Assembly: GCA_963797555.1 (NCBI GenBank)
Contig: CAWCPV010000003.1
Location: forward strand, 448,001-512,000
From: an uncultured Gammaproteobacteria bacterium
Lineage (GTDB): Bacteria > Pseudomonadota > Gammaproteobacteria > CAWCPV01
Direction: 5' to 3'
Length of the DNA: 64,000 nucleotides
Below the pieces are notes generated by a model. It was not told where the DNA came from and did no database searches. It saw only the letters and a list, made by a program, of their open reading frames with translations. A program made the translations under genes and the position numbers. This document shows, piece by piece, positions 48,802 to 60,345 of this stretch (positions within the stretch are counted from its first letter, which is position 1; each line of letters opens with the position of its first letter).

Positions 48802-51244
48802 TCAATGGCGCACCGGAGTCCGCTTCTTCTGCCCTCTGTCGCGTCTTAGCCTGGGCCCTACCGCCTTCGATGAGTCCTCGGGTTCTGGTAAGGGCTTTGG
48901 GGCATGTTGCAGCGCAATTTCAAGCACTTGGTCGATCCATTGTACGGGGCGAATCTCGACATCCTGTAGGACGTTCTTGGGAATCTCTGGGAGATCGCGT
49001 TTATTTTCGGCAGGGATCAGGACTCTTTTGACACCCCCCCGATGGGCCGCCAGCAGCTTCTCTTTCAGCCCTCCGATCGGAAGCACCTCGCCGCGTAGGG
49101 TAATCTCTCCCGTCATGGCAACATCCGCGCGGGCCGGAATCCGTGTCAGCGCGGACACCAGCGCCGTGCACATGCCGATCCCGGCACTCGGGCCGTCTTT
49201 CGGTATCGCCCCCTCCGGTACGTGAATGTGAAAGTCGTACTGCTGATAGAAATCCGCTTCGATCCCGAGCAGTGCGGCCCGACTCCGTACAACAGTCATG
49301 GCTGCCTGCACGGATTCCTGCATAACGTCCCCGATCTGGCCCGTGATCAGCAGCTTGCCCTTCCCAGGCACGACCGCTGACTCGATGGTCAGCAGCTCAC
49401 CACCCACCTCAGTCCAGGCAAGACCAGTGACGTGACCCACTTGGTCCTGTTCTTCCGCCCGCCCATAACGGAAACGCCGCACGCCCAGATACTTCTCCAG
49501 GTTTCGGGAAGTCACCGTAACGCGCTTGCGGGCCTTGGTCAGCAAGAGACTCCTTGACCACCTTGCGGGCGATCTTGGCCACCTCCCGTTCCAGATTGCG
49601 GACGCCCGCCTCCCTCGTGTAGTAGCGGATGATGTCGAGCAGCGCCCCGTCGGAAATGCTGATCTCCGGGTCCTTCAGCCCGTTAGCTTGGATCTGCTTC
49701 GGCACTAGGTAGCGGACAGCGATATTCAGCTTCTCGTCCTCCGTATACCCCGGGATACGAATGACCTCCATGCGATCCAGCAACGGCGATGGGATGTTCA
49801 GGGTGTTGGCGGTGGTGATGAACATGACGTCCGAGAGGTCGTAGTCCACCTCCAAGTAGTGGTCGTTGAAGGCATGGTTCTGCTCCGGATCCAGCACTTC
49901 CAAGAGGGCCGAGGCCGGATCACCGCGGAAATCCATAGCCATCTTGTCCACTTCGTCCAGCAGAAACAGCGGGTTGCGTACTCCCACCTTGCCCATGTTC
50001 TGCAGGATCTTGCCGGGAAGCGACCCGATATAAGTCCGCCGGTGCCCACGAATCTCGGCCTCGTCACGCACTCCGCCGAGGGACATACGCACGAACTTCC
50101 GGTTGGTCGCGCGCGCGATGGAGCGGCCGAGGGAGGTCTTGCCCACGCCCGGTGGGCCGACCAGGCAAAGCACGGAGCCCTTAAGCTTCTTCACGCGCTG
50201 CTGCACGGCCAGATACTCGAGGATGCGTTCCTTGACCTTGTCCAAGCCGTAGTGATCCGCCTCCAAGATGTCTCGGGCCGCCGCCAGGTCGTGGCGTACC
50301 TTGCTGCGCTTCTTCCAGGGGACATTGACGAGCCAGTCGATGTAGTTGCGAACCACGGTCGCCTCGGCCGACATCGGCGACATCATCTTGAGCTTGCTCA
50401 GTTCCGCCACGGCCTTGGCCTTGGCCTCCTTGGTCATGCCAGCACGCTCGATCTTCTGTGCCAGCTCCTCGACCTCGTTGGGCGCGTCTTCCAGCTCACC
50501 GAGCTCTTTCTGGATCGCCTTCATCTGCTCATTGAGGTAGTACTCGCGCTGACTCTTCTCCATCTGCCGCTTGACGCGGCCACGAATGCGCTTCTCCACC
50601 TCGAGGATGTCAATCTCCGATTCCACCAGCCCGAGCAGGAACTCCAGACGATCGCGTACGTCCTCCTTCTCCAGCAGCTTCTGCTTGTCTTCGATCTTGA
50701 GCGCCATGTGGGCGGCGACGGTATCCGCCAGCCGACCCGGATCATCGATGTTGGCGAGCGAGGCGAGCACCTCCGGTGGGATCTTCTTGTTCAGCTTGAC
50801 GTACTGGTCAAACTGGGACATCACCGAGCGGGACAATACCTCCACTTCCCGCTCGTCCTGTGCGGCCGGAACCAGCAAAGCGACCTGCCCGACAAAATAG
50901 CCCTGACCGCCCAGAAACTGGACAATCCGTGCACGTTCGGTACCCTCCACCAACACCTTGATGGTCCCGTCGGGAAGCTTGAGCAGCTGTAGGATATTCG
51001 CGATGCAGCCCACCCGATAAACGTCGTCCGGCCCGGGGTCGTCGTCGGCGGCGTTCTTCTGGGCGACCAGCAGGATGCGCTTGCCCTCCTCCATCGCCGC
51101 ATCCAGGGCCTTGATGGACTTCTCGCGGCCGACAAACAACGGGATAACCATGTGTGGATACACGACCACATCCCGCAGGGGGAGTATGGGAAGGACGGCG
51201 GACGGAGAATCGACCCCCTCGGAGGGCTTGTCAGTTCGCTCCAT
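48802..51244 (-). CDS. lon: Lon protease (frameshift near 49545)
   Basis: [20 protein letters not shown] and, in the next frame, PKDGPSAG and [11 protein letters not shown]. Confidence 0.95.
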
Positions 51245-51361
51245 GACGGAGTACCTCTTATGGCTTCATTGCGTATAGGGTGCAGTGCGCGTAACTGTCT
51301 CTCGCATCACCAATCAGCGACGAGAACAGATTACGTAGGCGTACCGCGAACACCACGCATC

Positions 51362-51388
51362 ATGCGGGCCCGCCGGCGCAAATTCAAG
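51362..51388 (-). promoter_or_regulatory. Putative sigma-32 promoter of lon
   Basis: Minus strand CTTGAA-N15-CCGCAT, with the same spacing as upstream of htpG. Confidence 0.5.
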
Positions 51389-51403
51389 GAAGCTAGCGGG
51401 GAC

Positions 51404-52687
51404 TCAGTCCGAGGCCGCGCGCTGGTGCTGCTCCGTACCCTCGTAGATGAGCAGGGGCTCCGATGTGCCTTTGATCACGTCGCCATCGATCACGACCTTG
51501 CTCACGTCCTTCATGGACGGCAATTCGTACATGATGTCCAGTAGAACGTGCTCAAGGATGGATCGCAGCCCGCGTGCGCCAGTCTTGCGCTCCAAGGCTC
51601 TCTTGGCCACCAGGCGCAGTGCGTCGTCGCGGATTTCGAGCTTGGAGTCCTCCATGTCGAACAGCTTGCTGTACTGCTTCACCAGGGCATTTTTTGGCTC
51701 TGTCAAGATCCGCACCAGAGCCTCCTCGTCCAGCTCGTGCAGCGTGGCCACCACGGGAAGTCGTCCGACGAACTCCGGAATCAGACCATAGCGGATCAGG
51801 TCCTCGGGCTCCACATCCTTCAGCAAGTCGCTCACACTGCGCGACTCGGCCTTGCCTCTGACCTCCGCGGAGAAGCCAATGCCGCCCTTTTCGGATCGAT
51901 CGCGGATCATCTTCTCCAAGCCGGAGAAAGCCCCCCCGCAGATGAAAAGAATGTTGCTCGTATCCACCTGCAAGAATTCCTGCTGAGGGTGCTTCCTACC
52001 GCCCTGTGGCGGCACCGAGGCGACAGTCCCTTCGATGAGCTTCAGCAGCGCCTGTTGGACGCCCTCGCCCGACACGTCTCGGGTGATAGAGGGGTTATCC
52101 GACTTGCGCGAGATCTTGTCGATCTCATCGATGTACACAATTCCGGTCTGGGCTTTCTCTACGTCGTAATCGCACTTCTGCAGCAGCTTCTGAATGATGT
52201 TCTCCACGTCCTCACCTACGTAACCCGCCTCGGTAAGGGTGGTCGCATCGGCGATGGTGAACGGCACATTCAGCAGCCGCGCCAACGTCTCCGCGAGCAG
52301 AGTCTTGCCGCATCCGGTCGGCCCGATCAGCAGGATGTTGCTCTTGGAGATCTCAACGTCATCCTTCTTTTTGCCATGCTGGGCCGCATGCATGCGCTTG
52401 TAGTGGTTGTACACGGCAACGGACAGGATCTTCTTGGCGTGAGCCTGCCCGATGACATAGTCCTCCAGGATTTGGCGAATCTCGGCGGGCGTCGGGAGCT
52501 TGCTCCCGCGGGCATTGGACTTCTCCTGTACCTCCTCCCGGATGATGTCGTTGCAAAGCTCCACGCACTCGTCGCAGATGAAGACGGATGGCCCCGCAAT
52601 GAGCTTGCGCACCTCGTGCTGGCTTTTGCCACAGAACGAGCAGTAAAGCAGCTTCCCGCCGTCGCCTCTACTCTGTCTGTCGCTCAT
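51404..52687 (-). CDS. clpX: ATP-dependent Clp protease ATP-binding subunit
   Basis: CSFCGKSQ...ICDECV zinc domain, GPTGCGKT and [14 protein letters not shown]. Confidence 0.97.
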   Translation of the reverse strand: MSDRQSRGDGGKLLYCSFCGKSQHEVRKLIAGPSVFICDECVELCNDIIREEVQEKSNARGSKLPTPAEIRQILEDYVIGQAHAKKILSVAVYNHYKRMHAAQHGKKKDDVEISKSNILLIGPTGCGKTLLAETLARLLNVPFTIADATTLTEAGYVGEDVENIIQKLLQKCDYDVEKAQTGIVYIDEIDKISRKSDNPSITRDVSGEGVQQALLKLIEGTVASVPPQGGRKHPQQEFLQVDTSNILFICGGAFSGLEKMIRDRSEKGGIGFSAEVRGKAESRSVSDLLKDVEPEDLIRYGLIPEFVGRLPVVATLHELDEEALVRILTEPKNALVKQYSKLFDMEDSKLEIRDDALRLVAKRALERKTGARGLRSILEHVLLDIMYELPSMKDVSKVVIDGDVIKGTSEPLLIYEGTEQHQRAASD

Positions 52688-52773
52688 AGGCTCACCTCGG
52701 GCTCTGGCGCTTCGGCCAGCCAAACGGCTTCCAGACGATCGTTCACAGACTCCGCACTGCGCTGAACACCCGC

Positions 52774-53403
52774 TTACTTGCTGAGCGGCTTCTCCCGATG
52801 CGACAGCACCGCATCGATTAGGCCGTACTGAGCCGCGTCCTCGCCTCCCATAAAGAAGTCGCGGTCAGTGTCCTGAGCGATCTTCTCCAGCGGTTGACCG
52901 GTATGTTTGGCCAGGATCTCGTTGAGTCGGTCCCGGACCAGCAGGATCTCTCGAGCGTGGATGTCGATATCCGCCGCCTGGCCTTGAAATCCCCCCAGTG
53001 GCTGGTGGACCATCATCCGTGAGTGGGGCAGGCAGTAACGTTTACCCTTGGCGCCCCCTGCCAGGAGCAACGCTCCCATGCTGGCGGCTTGCCCAATGCA
53101 CATCGTGCTCACGTCGGGCCGTACAAACTGCATGGTATCGTAGATAGCCAACCCCGCCGACACCACACCGCCTGGAGAGTTGATGTACAAATGGATATCC
53201 TTGTCCGGGTTCTCCGATTCAAGAAACAAGAGTTGGGCCACTATGAGATTCGCGGAATGTTCCTCCACCGGACCTACCAGGAATATGACTCTTTCCTTCA
53301 GGAGTCGCGAGTAGATATCGTAGGCGCGCTCTCCACGGGCCGTCTGCTCGATGACCATCGGGACTAGATTCAGCCCCCGGATGCTGTCGCCATTGGGGAT
53401 CAC
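52774..53403 (-). CDS. clpP: Clp protease proteolytic subunit
   Basis: [37 protein letters not shown] and HQPLGG. Start codon is uncertain. Confidence 0.95.
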   Translation of the reverse strand: MIPNGDSIRGLNLVPMVIEQTARGERAYDIYSRLLKERVIFLVGPVEEHSANLIVAQLLFLESENPDKDIHLYINSPGGVVSAGLAIYDTMQFVRPDVSTMCIGQAASMGALLLAGGAKGKRYCLPHSRMMVHQPLGGFQGQAADIDIHAREILLVRDRLNEILAKHTGQPLEKIAQDTDRDFFMGGEDAAQYGLIDAVLSHREKPLSK

Positions 53404-53404
53404 G

Positions 53405-54739
53405 TCACGCTCCTCCACTGCCGGCCCCCCCGCCAGAGACGGCGGGTTGCCACGCCACAAGCGCATCGAAGGTCGAGTGGACGTCGGTCACCTGAACATG
53501 CTGCAAGACCCAGTCCACCACCTGATCTTCTATCACCATGGATTCGATCTCCGCAAGCTGCCGTCGGTTGCCGTAGATCCATCGCGTAACTGCGTCCGGC
53601 TCCTCATACGTCGACGCGATGCGCTCGACGGCATCCCGGACCCGCTCCGCAGACGCCTTCATCCCCCCCCGCTTGGCCAGTTCGAGGATGATAAGCCCGA
53701 GCGCCACGCGCCTGCGGGCCGCCGCTTCGAACACGGAATCAGGGAGCGCCTTGGCCGCATCCTGCCTACTCTGTTCGGCACCCTCCGACAACTGGCCTCT
53801 AAGCCGCTGGATTTCCTCTGCAAGCAAGGACCTCGGTAGCTCGATGGGGTGGGCGTTCAGCAGGATATCCATGACCTGCTGTTTGACTCTCCCCTTGACG
53901 GCTTGTTCCAGCTCGCGGCGCATGTTCCCGGCCACCTCGCCCCGCAGCGCCGCCACCCCCCCCTCCTTGACCCCGAAGCCATGCACGAAGTCCTCGTCCA
54001 AGTTGGGAAGCCGCCTGGTTTGCACAGCGGTCACGGTGAGCGTGAACTCGCCATGTTTGCCCGCGAGGTCCTTGGCAGGGTAGTCGGCCGGGAAAGTGAG
54101 CGTGGTGCTGCGCTCCTCGCCCGCCCCCGCACCCAACAGCACCTGCTCGAGCTCCGGCAGCAGCGACGTGCCCCCCAACACGGCCTTAACGCCCCGGGCA
54201 CTCACCCCCTGCTCGCTGCCTTCCACCGTCCCGCGGTAATCGATGGTTACGGTGTCGCCCGCCCCGGCCGGCCGCTCCGCGGGGACCCATTGCGCCCGTT
54301 GCTCCCGCAGGCGCTCTATCATTCGGTCCACGTCCGCCTCTGAGACATCCGCGACGGGGCGCTCGACGCTGTACGCCTCGAGCGCAGCCGAGTCAATCGT
54401 CGGATACACTTCGAAGGTCGCCACGTACTCCAAGTCCTCGCCCGCGCTCTGGGGTTTGGCCTCCACCCTCGGACCGCCCACGGGCCGCAGGTTCTCTTGG
54501 CGAATCGCCTCCTCCAGCGTGGAGCGCACCAACTCGCCGATCACTTCGCCGCGCACCTGTCCGCCGTATTTCTGACTGACCACCCGCAACGGGGCTTTGC
54601 CCGGCCGGAAACCCGAGATGGCCGCACGGCGCGCCAGGGACTGCAGCCGGCGCTGCACTTCTTTCTCTACTGTCTCGGCCGGTACGGCAACCCTGAGATG
54701 GCGTTCTAGCCCTTGGCCGGACTCGACAGACACGTGCAT
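53405..54739 (-). CDS. tig: Trigger factor
   Basis: GFRPGKAP ribosome-binding motif, FEVYP, and FPADY in the FKBP domain. Confidence 0.95.
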   Translation of the reverse strand: MHVSVESGQGLERHLRVAVPAETVEKEVQRRLQSLARRAAISGFRPGKAPLRVVSQKYGGQVRGEVIGELVRSTLEEAIRQENLRPVGGPRVEAKPQSAGEDLEYVATFEVYPTIDSAALEAYSVERPVADVSEADVDRMIERLREQRAQWVPAERPAGAGDTVTIDYRGTVEGSEQGVSARGVKAVLGGTSLLPELEQVLLGAGAGEERSTTLTFPADYPAKDLAGKHGEFTLTVTAVQTRRLPNLDEDFVHGFGVKEGGVAALRGEVAGNMRRELEQAVKGRVKQQVMDILLNAHPIELPRSLLAEEIQRLRGQLSEGAEQSRQDAAKALPDSVFEAAARRRVALGLIILELAKRGGMKASAERVRDAVERIASTYEEPDAVTRWIYGNRRQLAEIESMVIEDQVVDWVLQHVQVTDVHSTFDALVAWQPAVSGGGAGSGGA

Positions 54740-54850
54740 GGCATGGCCCCTAGCGGACACACGACTGATCCCTCAATCAGCCGCGGAACAGGTTAATGAC
54801 GAAGACCAAGCGGACACAATCCCCAAGAATGTTTCGGTTTTAGAGTATAG

Positions 54851-54932
<82 letters not shown>

Positions 54933-55061
54933 CTTGTCACCGACACCAGGCAGGGCCTGCGGGGCACCCTGGAACGCATTATACATGATACATGCTTTCC
55001 GGATCTCCGAGCACGACGCTGCCGCTACGTCGTTCTGGCTCACTCCGGCGGGCACGCAGGA

Positions 55062-55505
55062 CTATTCGGCGCGTCCGGAGAGCCGCCACCATCGGCGGCG
55101 GGAAGCGACAGGACCGAACGCCGCAGGGAGGTCCACCGGCGGGAGCGTTGAAAGCACCCAGCCGGGCAACGGAGGCCGTTCGCTGAAACCACACACCGAA
55201 CCGAGGCTGTTCGGATCGAAGATCTTGACGAGCGACGGCGCCTCAAAGTTGTCCGCGTATACGATTCCGCAGTAGTCCTCGGTGTGCTCGCGGCGCAGGA
55301 AGCGGTCGATTGCACCGATGAAGTTTTCAAGCTCTGTCGCGCTGACGGGCGTCGATGGCACCGCCTTCCCCACGGCATAGATGTACCACGACGCACCGCC
55401 ACAGTGACGCAAGTTAGCCCATAGCTGGTCGAGCTGTTGCCAGCGCAGCACGCCGCGGAAGCTTCCACGGAAAGCCACGAGATATGGGTTCTCTCCAATA
55501 GACAC
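55062..55505 (-). CDS. Conserved-looking hypothetical protein
   Basis: FRGSFRGVLRWQQLD...HTEDYCGIVYAD...KIFDPNSLGSVCG; protein-like with Cys/His motifs. Start codon is uncertain. Confidence 0.7.
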   Translation of the reverse strand: MSIGENPYLVAFRGSFRGVLRWQQLDQLWANLRHCGGASWYIYAVGKAVPSTPVSATELENFIGAIDRFLRREHTEDYCGIVYADNFEAPSLVKIFDPNSLGSVCGFSERPPLPGWVLSTLPPVDLPAAFGPVASRRRWWRLSGRAE

Positions 55506-55561
55506 GCCGATACCAATCCGCTGCATACCCCGGCTGCCGTCGCAACCCGGCATTATCCCGA

Positions 55562-55767
55562 GAGCTTGTAAGTAAATCTGCTGCGCGCCCCGATGGCGGC
55601 GTCATGGCGCACCCCCCTGTACGCCACCGCTTCGGGGCGTCCTGCGGATGTGCCGAATGGCTGTCCTGCCATTCGGTCGCCCTCGCCCAACTACTCGATG
55701 CGTCTCGTGGCTGCGCTTCGTGCGCCCTGCTGTCGCTCCGTCCGTTGCGACGACCCCTTCACAGCTC
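55562..55767. repeat. Degenerate MITE-like element (longer copy)
   Basis: Begins GAGCTTGTAAGTAAATCTG and ends GCGACGACCCCTTCACAGCTC, related to the 40819 IRs. Confidence 0.55.
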
Positions 55768-55848
55768 TGGGCGTTGTCATCCGCGACAACCCTCACTATG
55801 ATGCTCCATTGGCCTTTTCCCCAGGCTGCGCCTTCGCGGACATCCATT

Positions 55849-56313
55849 GTGGGCAACCAATCCTTTTCCATCAACATAGAACATCTTGAAGGGTACCAAT
55901 TCAGGGTAGAGTTCGACTGGCCGGTGCCAGACATCGTCATGGATGAGCCAGAGCCTCTCGGAGAACGTCGGGGCCCGAACGCCTCCCGGCTCCTTGCGGC
56001 AGCCGTGGGGAACTGCCTGACCGCCAGCCTCCTCTTCTGCCTGACGAAGACCAGGGTGGAACTAGGCGGCGCCAAGACCAAGGTGACCGCAGTCCTTTCG
56101 CGGAACGAGCGCGGGCGACTGCGTGTAGGAAGCCTGGAGGTGAGCATCCAGGTTTCCGTCATGCCGGAGGCGGGTAACAAGGCGGTGCGATGTAGCCAGC
56201 TATTCGAGGACTTCTGCGTGGTGACCGCGAGCGTCCGCGAGGGGATTCCCATCCACGTCACAGTCACCGACGACCGCGGGACGGTGCTTCACCACTCAGG
56301 CAGTCCAGTGTAG
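55849..56313 (+). CDS. OsmC family protein
   Basis: DEPEPLGERRGPNASRLLAAAVGNCL...FEDFCVVTASVREGI. Confidence 0.88.
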   Translation: MGNQSFSINIEHLEGYQFRVEFDWPVPDIVMDEPEPLGERRGPNASRLLAAAVGNCLTASLLFCLTKTRVELGGAKTKVTAVLSRNERGRLRVGSLEVSIQVSVMPEAGNKAVRCSQLFEDFCVVTASVREGIPIHVTVTDDRGTVLHHSGSPV

Positions 56314-56472
56314 CAGAGCGGCATAAGCCATGACCCGCCAAGGGAGCCAAGGCGGACCGAAGGATCACGAATCGAGTACTGCCCAGGACCAAGACCACCT
56401 CCGTCGGCGCATGCCGCATCAGGTTCCAGGCGACTGCCTCGCGTGGGATCTGACCCCGCGCCTCCGCTTCGT

Positions 56473-56859
56473 CTAGGCGCGGCGGGAGCGAGCCTTCAAC
56501 TCGTAAGCGAGCGCGAGAAACGCGCCGATAGCCGCACCTCCCAGCACCCATATGCATACGGTGAAAGGTCGGTGCACATCCCCTCCAAAGTTGACGAAGG
56601 TCCCCGCGAGCCCGCAGCCAAGAACCGCGGCAATCAAGAGGGCCATCCCCATCTCCGAGAGCCGCTGGCCTTCTTCCGCGGGAGTGCGCGCATGCAGGTC
56701 CATAGCGACGGCAGCAAGCAACCCGGCCGTACCCATAGCGATGGACCCTTGCGTCTGGGTGTCCGGCTGACCGGACAGCCAACCCATCGCCAAGCCCAAC
56801 AGAACTCCGGCTAGCGCTCCCCCCGACGACAGCAACACAAATCTCAAAACAGCCTTCAT
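56473..56859 (-). CDS. Small four-helix membrane protein
   Basis: About four hydrophobic Gly/Ala-rich segments; no recognisable family. Confidence 0.5.
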   Translation of the reverse strand: MKAVLRFVLLSSGGALAGVLLGLAMGWLSGQPDTQTQGSIAMGTAGLLAAVAMDLHARTPAEEGQRLSEMGMALLIAAVLGCGLAGTFVNFGGDVHRPFTVCIWVLGGAAIGAFLALAYELKARSRRA

Positions 56860-57348
56860 CACACCCCCCGGGACAGAAGACGGCAGCACCCGTCCCGTTT
56901 CCACCGATGCCGAGTTGCTTCCCCAGAGCCGCTGCTGACACACGCAGCAATACCTTGACACGCTGCGCAGACCGACTCGTGCAGTGCAGTAGCTTAGCAC
57001 AGATGCCCAACCCAACGCCGCCAGCGCAGCCCTTGCGGGACCGCTGGGCCCTGCGGCCAAAACCTTAACGCAGTGGTATGACAGTTTGAGGAAATATCGT
57101 TCGGACAGTGGCCGGGCCGAGGCTGCGGTGCAAGCGAGGTACGCCGGGCTCTTTGCCTGCGAGTTGGCACGGCGACAGACACTTAGGGCACAGGCGCATC
57201 ACCGCGACACCTCCGTCCCCCGATTCATGGCGGTCCGCTCGAGCCAACGTCGCCCTCCGGCACTACACCGCAGCCGACGCGCCGACGCTTTGCTCTCGCG
57301 CTCACGTACGTCATCTGCACGTTTTCGTGTAGAATAAACCCCCTCTGT

Positions 57349-57374
57349 TGAAACCAGCTTCTGAAACCAGCTTC
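57349..57374 (+). repeat. Perfect 13-bp tandem repeat upstream of the ArsR gene
   Basis: TGAAACCAGCTTC x2, followed by the hairpin GACCCG-AAAG-CGGGTC and a GGAGG RBS. Confidence 0.75.
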
Positions 57375-57409
57375 GACCCGAAAGCGGGTCCGCGGAGGGC
57401 ATACCGAGC

Positions 57410-57751
57410 ATGCAGGCACCCTTGCCGGCTCCCCAGGACTACAATCCCGTTGGCCCTGTCATTCGCGACGACGATATCAACCGGGCCTATCGTCATCTCA
57501 AGGCGATGAGTCACCCATTGCGGCTACGTATCTTGTGCGTCCTGGGAGACACCGAGTTCTGTGTGGGAGATCTGGTGGACCGTATCGGGACCTCGCAGAG
57601 CAACATCTCGCAGCACCTGTCCATCCTCCACGACAAGGGAATGCTAATCTCGCGCAAGGAGGCCAATCGCGTTTACTACCGCATCGCGGATCCAGGCATC
57701 CTAAGGCTCATCGGGGTAATGCACGAGGTCTTTTGCACCCCCCGGGGCTGA
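57410..57751 (+). CDS. ArsR/SmtB regulator, BigR/SqrR-like
   Basis: LKAMSHPLRLRILC...SQSNISQHL...VYYRI...EVFC; Cys in helix 2 and near the C-terminus. Confidence 0.85.
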   Translation: MQAPLPAPQDYNPVGPVIRDDDINRAYRHLKAMSHPLRLRILCVLGDTEFCVGDLVDRIGTSQSNISQHLSILHDKGMLISRKEANRVYYRIADPGILRLIGVMHEVFCTPRG

Positions 57752-58127
57752 CCACTCGGCTCCACCTCGGGAGCACCGCAACGCTAACAACGTCGGCATG
57801 CTCTTGCCCTGGCTTCCACCGTAGGCCACCATCGGTTCCCGCACCGCCCTCATAGCCTAGGCAGGCACCTCCTCCAGGGCAAGGGAACCCTGACGCGGCA
57901 GGTGTTATGCCAGAACGCCTGTGCGGCGGCTTGCCTCTCCGAAGACGTGCGCCGGCACTTCTGTCATGTCGTTACGGCTCGGGTTAGAATGGTCGCCGCG
58001 CGGCTAGGCCAAAATAGCCGACCGTCTCGCTGGATAGCCGCCGCGATCCCAGGGAACGGGCGATGACGAGGCCCATCAAGCGCTGAAGCTCGACGCGTTT
58101 CCATACAACCCGAACCGTAACCCGCAG

Positions 58128-58382
58128 GTGCATCGGCGCGTCGCCGACAAGGCTTTCTATGTCCAGGCCAGACTCCAGGACGGCGGGGTCGCGCGTGCGC
58201 ACCTGCAGGTGGGAAATCAGGCGCGGTGCGAGAGCAGCATTCCCCTGCCCGGACGGATCGAATACTCGGTCGCCTTCGACACGCCTGGCATGCGCACTGC
58301 CAAGCTGACGGCAGAAGTGCACGGCAGGACCTATCACCAGCGCCTCCCCCTCTACGTCGACGCGCACGAGTGGAGCGGCTAG
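58128..58382 (+). CDS. Small hypothetical protein (true start probably near 58063)
   Basis: Open frame from ~58040 with coding-like codon usage, ending just before the DAHP synthase RBS. Confidence 0.45.
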   Translation: MHRRVADKAFYVQARLQDGGVARAHLQVGNQARCESSIPLPGRIEYSVAFDTPGMRTAKLTAEVHGRTYHQRLPLYVDAHEWSG

Positions 58383-58393
58383 AGGTGTTACCG

Positions 58394-59536
58394 ATGATCG
58401 TCATCCTACAACCCAACTTGGACAAGCGCGGCCAGGAGTACCACCAGGTCATCCAGTATCTGAGCAACCTGACCAACATCCAGGTGCGGGTGCACGAAGA
58501 GCTGGGAGCCCGCCACGTCCTCACCGAGCTCTATCTGATCGGAGAGACGGGGTCTCTCAATACCGAGGACATCCAGAGCCTGCCAGGGGTAGAGCGTGTC
58601 GTGCGCGTCTCCGAAGACTATCGCATCCTCGGCCGGCACAAAGACGCCACACGCTCCAGCCACTTCGAGTACAACGGCGTCGTCTTCAGCCAGGATAACC
58701 TGAGCGTCTTCGCCGGCCTCTGCGCCGTCGACACGCCCGACCACGCCGCGTTGGTCATGAAGGCGCTGAGGGACAACGGACAAATCTGCACGCGTATGGG
58801 GGCCTACAAGCCGCGCACCAGCCCCTATGCGTTTCAGGGGCACGGCAAGGCTTGCCTACCTTACGTGTTCGACCTCGCCGGCAAGTACGGGATCAAGGTA
58901 GTCGCCATGGAGGTCACCCACGAAAGCCACATCGACGAGGTGCGGGAAACCCTGGACCGGCTCGGTAATCCCACCGGGGTCATGCTCCAGATAGGTACGC
59001 GCAACACCCAGAACTTCGAGCTGCTCAAGAGCGCCGGGCGCCAACAGCAGTTTCCGGTACTGCTGAAACGGGGCTTCGGCATCACGCTCAATGAGTCCCT
59101 CAACGCGGCGGAATACCTGGCGAGCGAGGGTAACCGCAAGGTGATTTTCGGCCTGCGGGGGGTCAAGACCAACATGGGAGACCCCCACCGCAACTTGGTG
59201 GACTTCGGCCACGTCCCGGTCGTCAAGCGGCTTACGCGGATGCCGGTGTGCATCGACCCGTCCCACTCCGTGGGCTCGCGCGAGGTCGCCCCCGACGGCA
59301 TACTGGAGATCGTGCACGCCACCGCGCAAGGTATCATCGCGGGAGCCAACATGGTCCTGGTGGACTTCCATCCCGCGCCGGAGACGGCCCTGGTCGACGG
59401 CCCACAGGCGTTACGCCTGGAAGAGCTGCCGTATTTTCTCGAGGACGTACGCATCGCACGTCAGGCATACGAGGATCGCGCCGCCCTGGCCAAGAAGCTG
59501 CAGAAATCGGCCGTTTGGCAAACGGTTCGCGAGTAG
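58394..59536 (+). CDS. aroF: DAHP synthase, class I-beta with N-terminal regulatory domain
   Basis: AGLCAVD, GAYKPRTSPYAFQG, QIGTRNTQNF, LLKRG, IDPSHSVG and HPAPETALVDGPQAL. Confidence 0.9.
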   Translation: MIVILQPNLDKRGQEYHQVIQYLSNLTNIQVRVHEELGARHVLTELYLIGETGSLNTEDIQSLPGVERVVRVSEDYRILGRHKDATRSSHFEYNGVVFSQDNLSVFAGLCAVDTPDHAALVMKALRDNGQICTRMGAYKPRTSPYAFQGHGKACLPYVFDLAGKYGIKVVAMEVTHESHIDEVRETLDRLGNPTGVMLQIGTRNTQNFELLKSAGRQQQFPVLLKRGFGITLNESLNAAEYLASEGNRKVIFGLRGVKTNMGDPHRNLVDFGHVPVVKRLTRMPVCIDPSHSVGSREVAPDGILEIVHATAQGIIAGANMVLVDFHPAPETALVDGPQALRLEELPYFLEDVRIARQAYEDRAALAKKLQKSAVWQTVRE

Positions 59537-59690
59537 GACTGGGCCGACAAGCGTATCCCCTGGTATCCGCCTGGGCATGGAGTCCTTACGCCAAACCTGG
59601 CTCATGCTGAACTTCGCGGGCGGACGCGGTCTCTGGTGCGGCCGGGCTGGCTGGGTGCTTTTCAATCAAGTGTCGTTGGAGGTCAGTGCC

Positions 59691-59882
59691 ATGCAAAAGA
59701 ATGTTGGAAACATCGACAAAGTCCTTCGGAGCGTTGTCGGAATCGCGCTGCTGAGCCAGGTATTTGCCGGCCCGCTGGGTCCGGTCTGGTGGGGGTGGAT
59801 CGGCATCGTTCCCCTAGCCACCGTTCTCCTAGGCTGGTGTCCAGCTTACGCCCTCATTGGAGTGAGCAGCCGTAAAGGGTAG
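59691..59882 (+). CDS. DUF2892 (YgaP-like) membrane protein
   Basis: MQKNVGNIDKVLR...GIVPLAT...WCPAYALIG. Confidence 0.88.
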   Translation: MQKNVGNIDKVLRSVVGIALLSQVFAGPLGPVWWGWIGIVPLATVLLGWCPAYALIGVSSRKG

Positions 59883-60345
59883 CCTTGCGCGTCCGCAGCT
59901 TGGTCACGGATGGGCCAGCAGCAGACTCGGCAGCCGCGCAGCTTGACCGCAAGCAGTGACCGCGACGCGCCGTGCTAGAGCGGATCGAAGGGGTCGAGGG
60001 GACGCTGCGTGCCCGTGTGCGACCCGTTTTCAGCGTTGCCAGGGGCGGGACTCGGGGACGAAGCGCCAGGCCGATCAGCAGCGCCCGGACACTAAGCCAG
60101 ACGACGGGTAGCGAGTCAAGGGACCGCATCAAGAGGTGCCGCCACGCGTGGCGCATGCGTGTCGGGCTCGCAGACCCGCAGCGGTCCCTGGTGGATGGCT
60201 TACCGGCCGTCGGGCGAACCCACGAAGTACCGCGGGACCCAAGACCCGGATGCTCACCCCGGTTGCTTGGCGGCGGCGGTAAGTGTCTGAACGTACGCGC
60301 CGGGCACCGCAGAACCCCGCACCCCTTCCGAGCACGGGTGTCAAC

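Noticed and set aside
48802-51244. Split lon, gph, mfd and protease genes as pseudogenes or programmed frameshifts
   Set aside because: Single extra bases in otherwise intact conserved genes, with no slippery-site pattern. Best explained as sequencing indels.
54848-54850. tRNA-Leu ends in CTA rather than an encoded CCA; possible integration scar
   Set aside because: No integrase or duplicated tRNA 3' end is nearby and tig synteny is intact. CCA can be added enzymatically.
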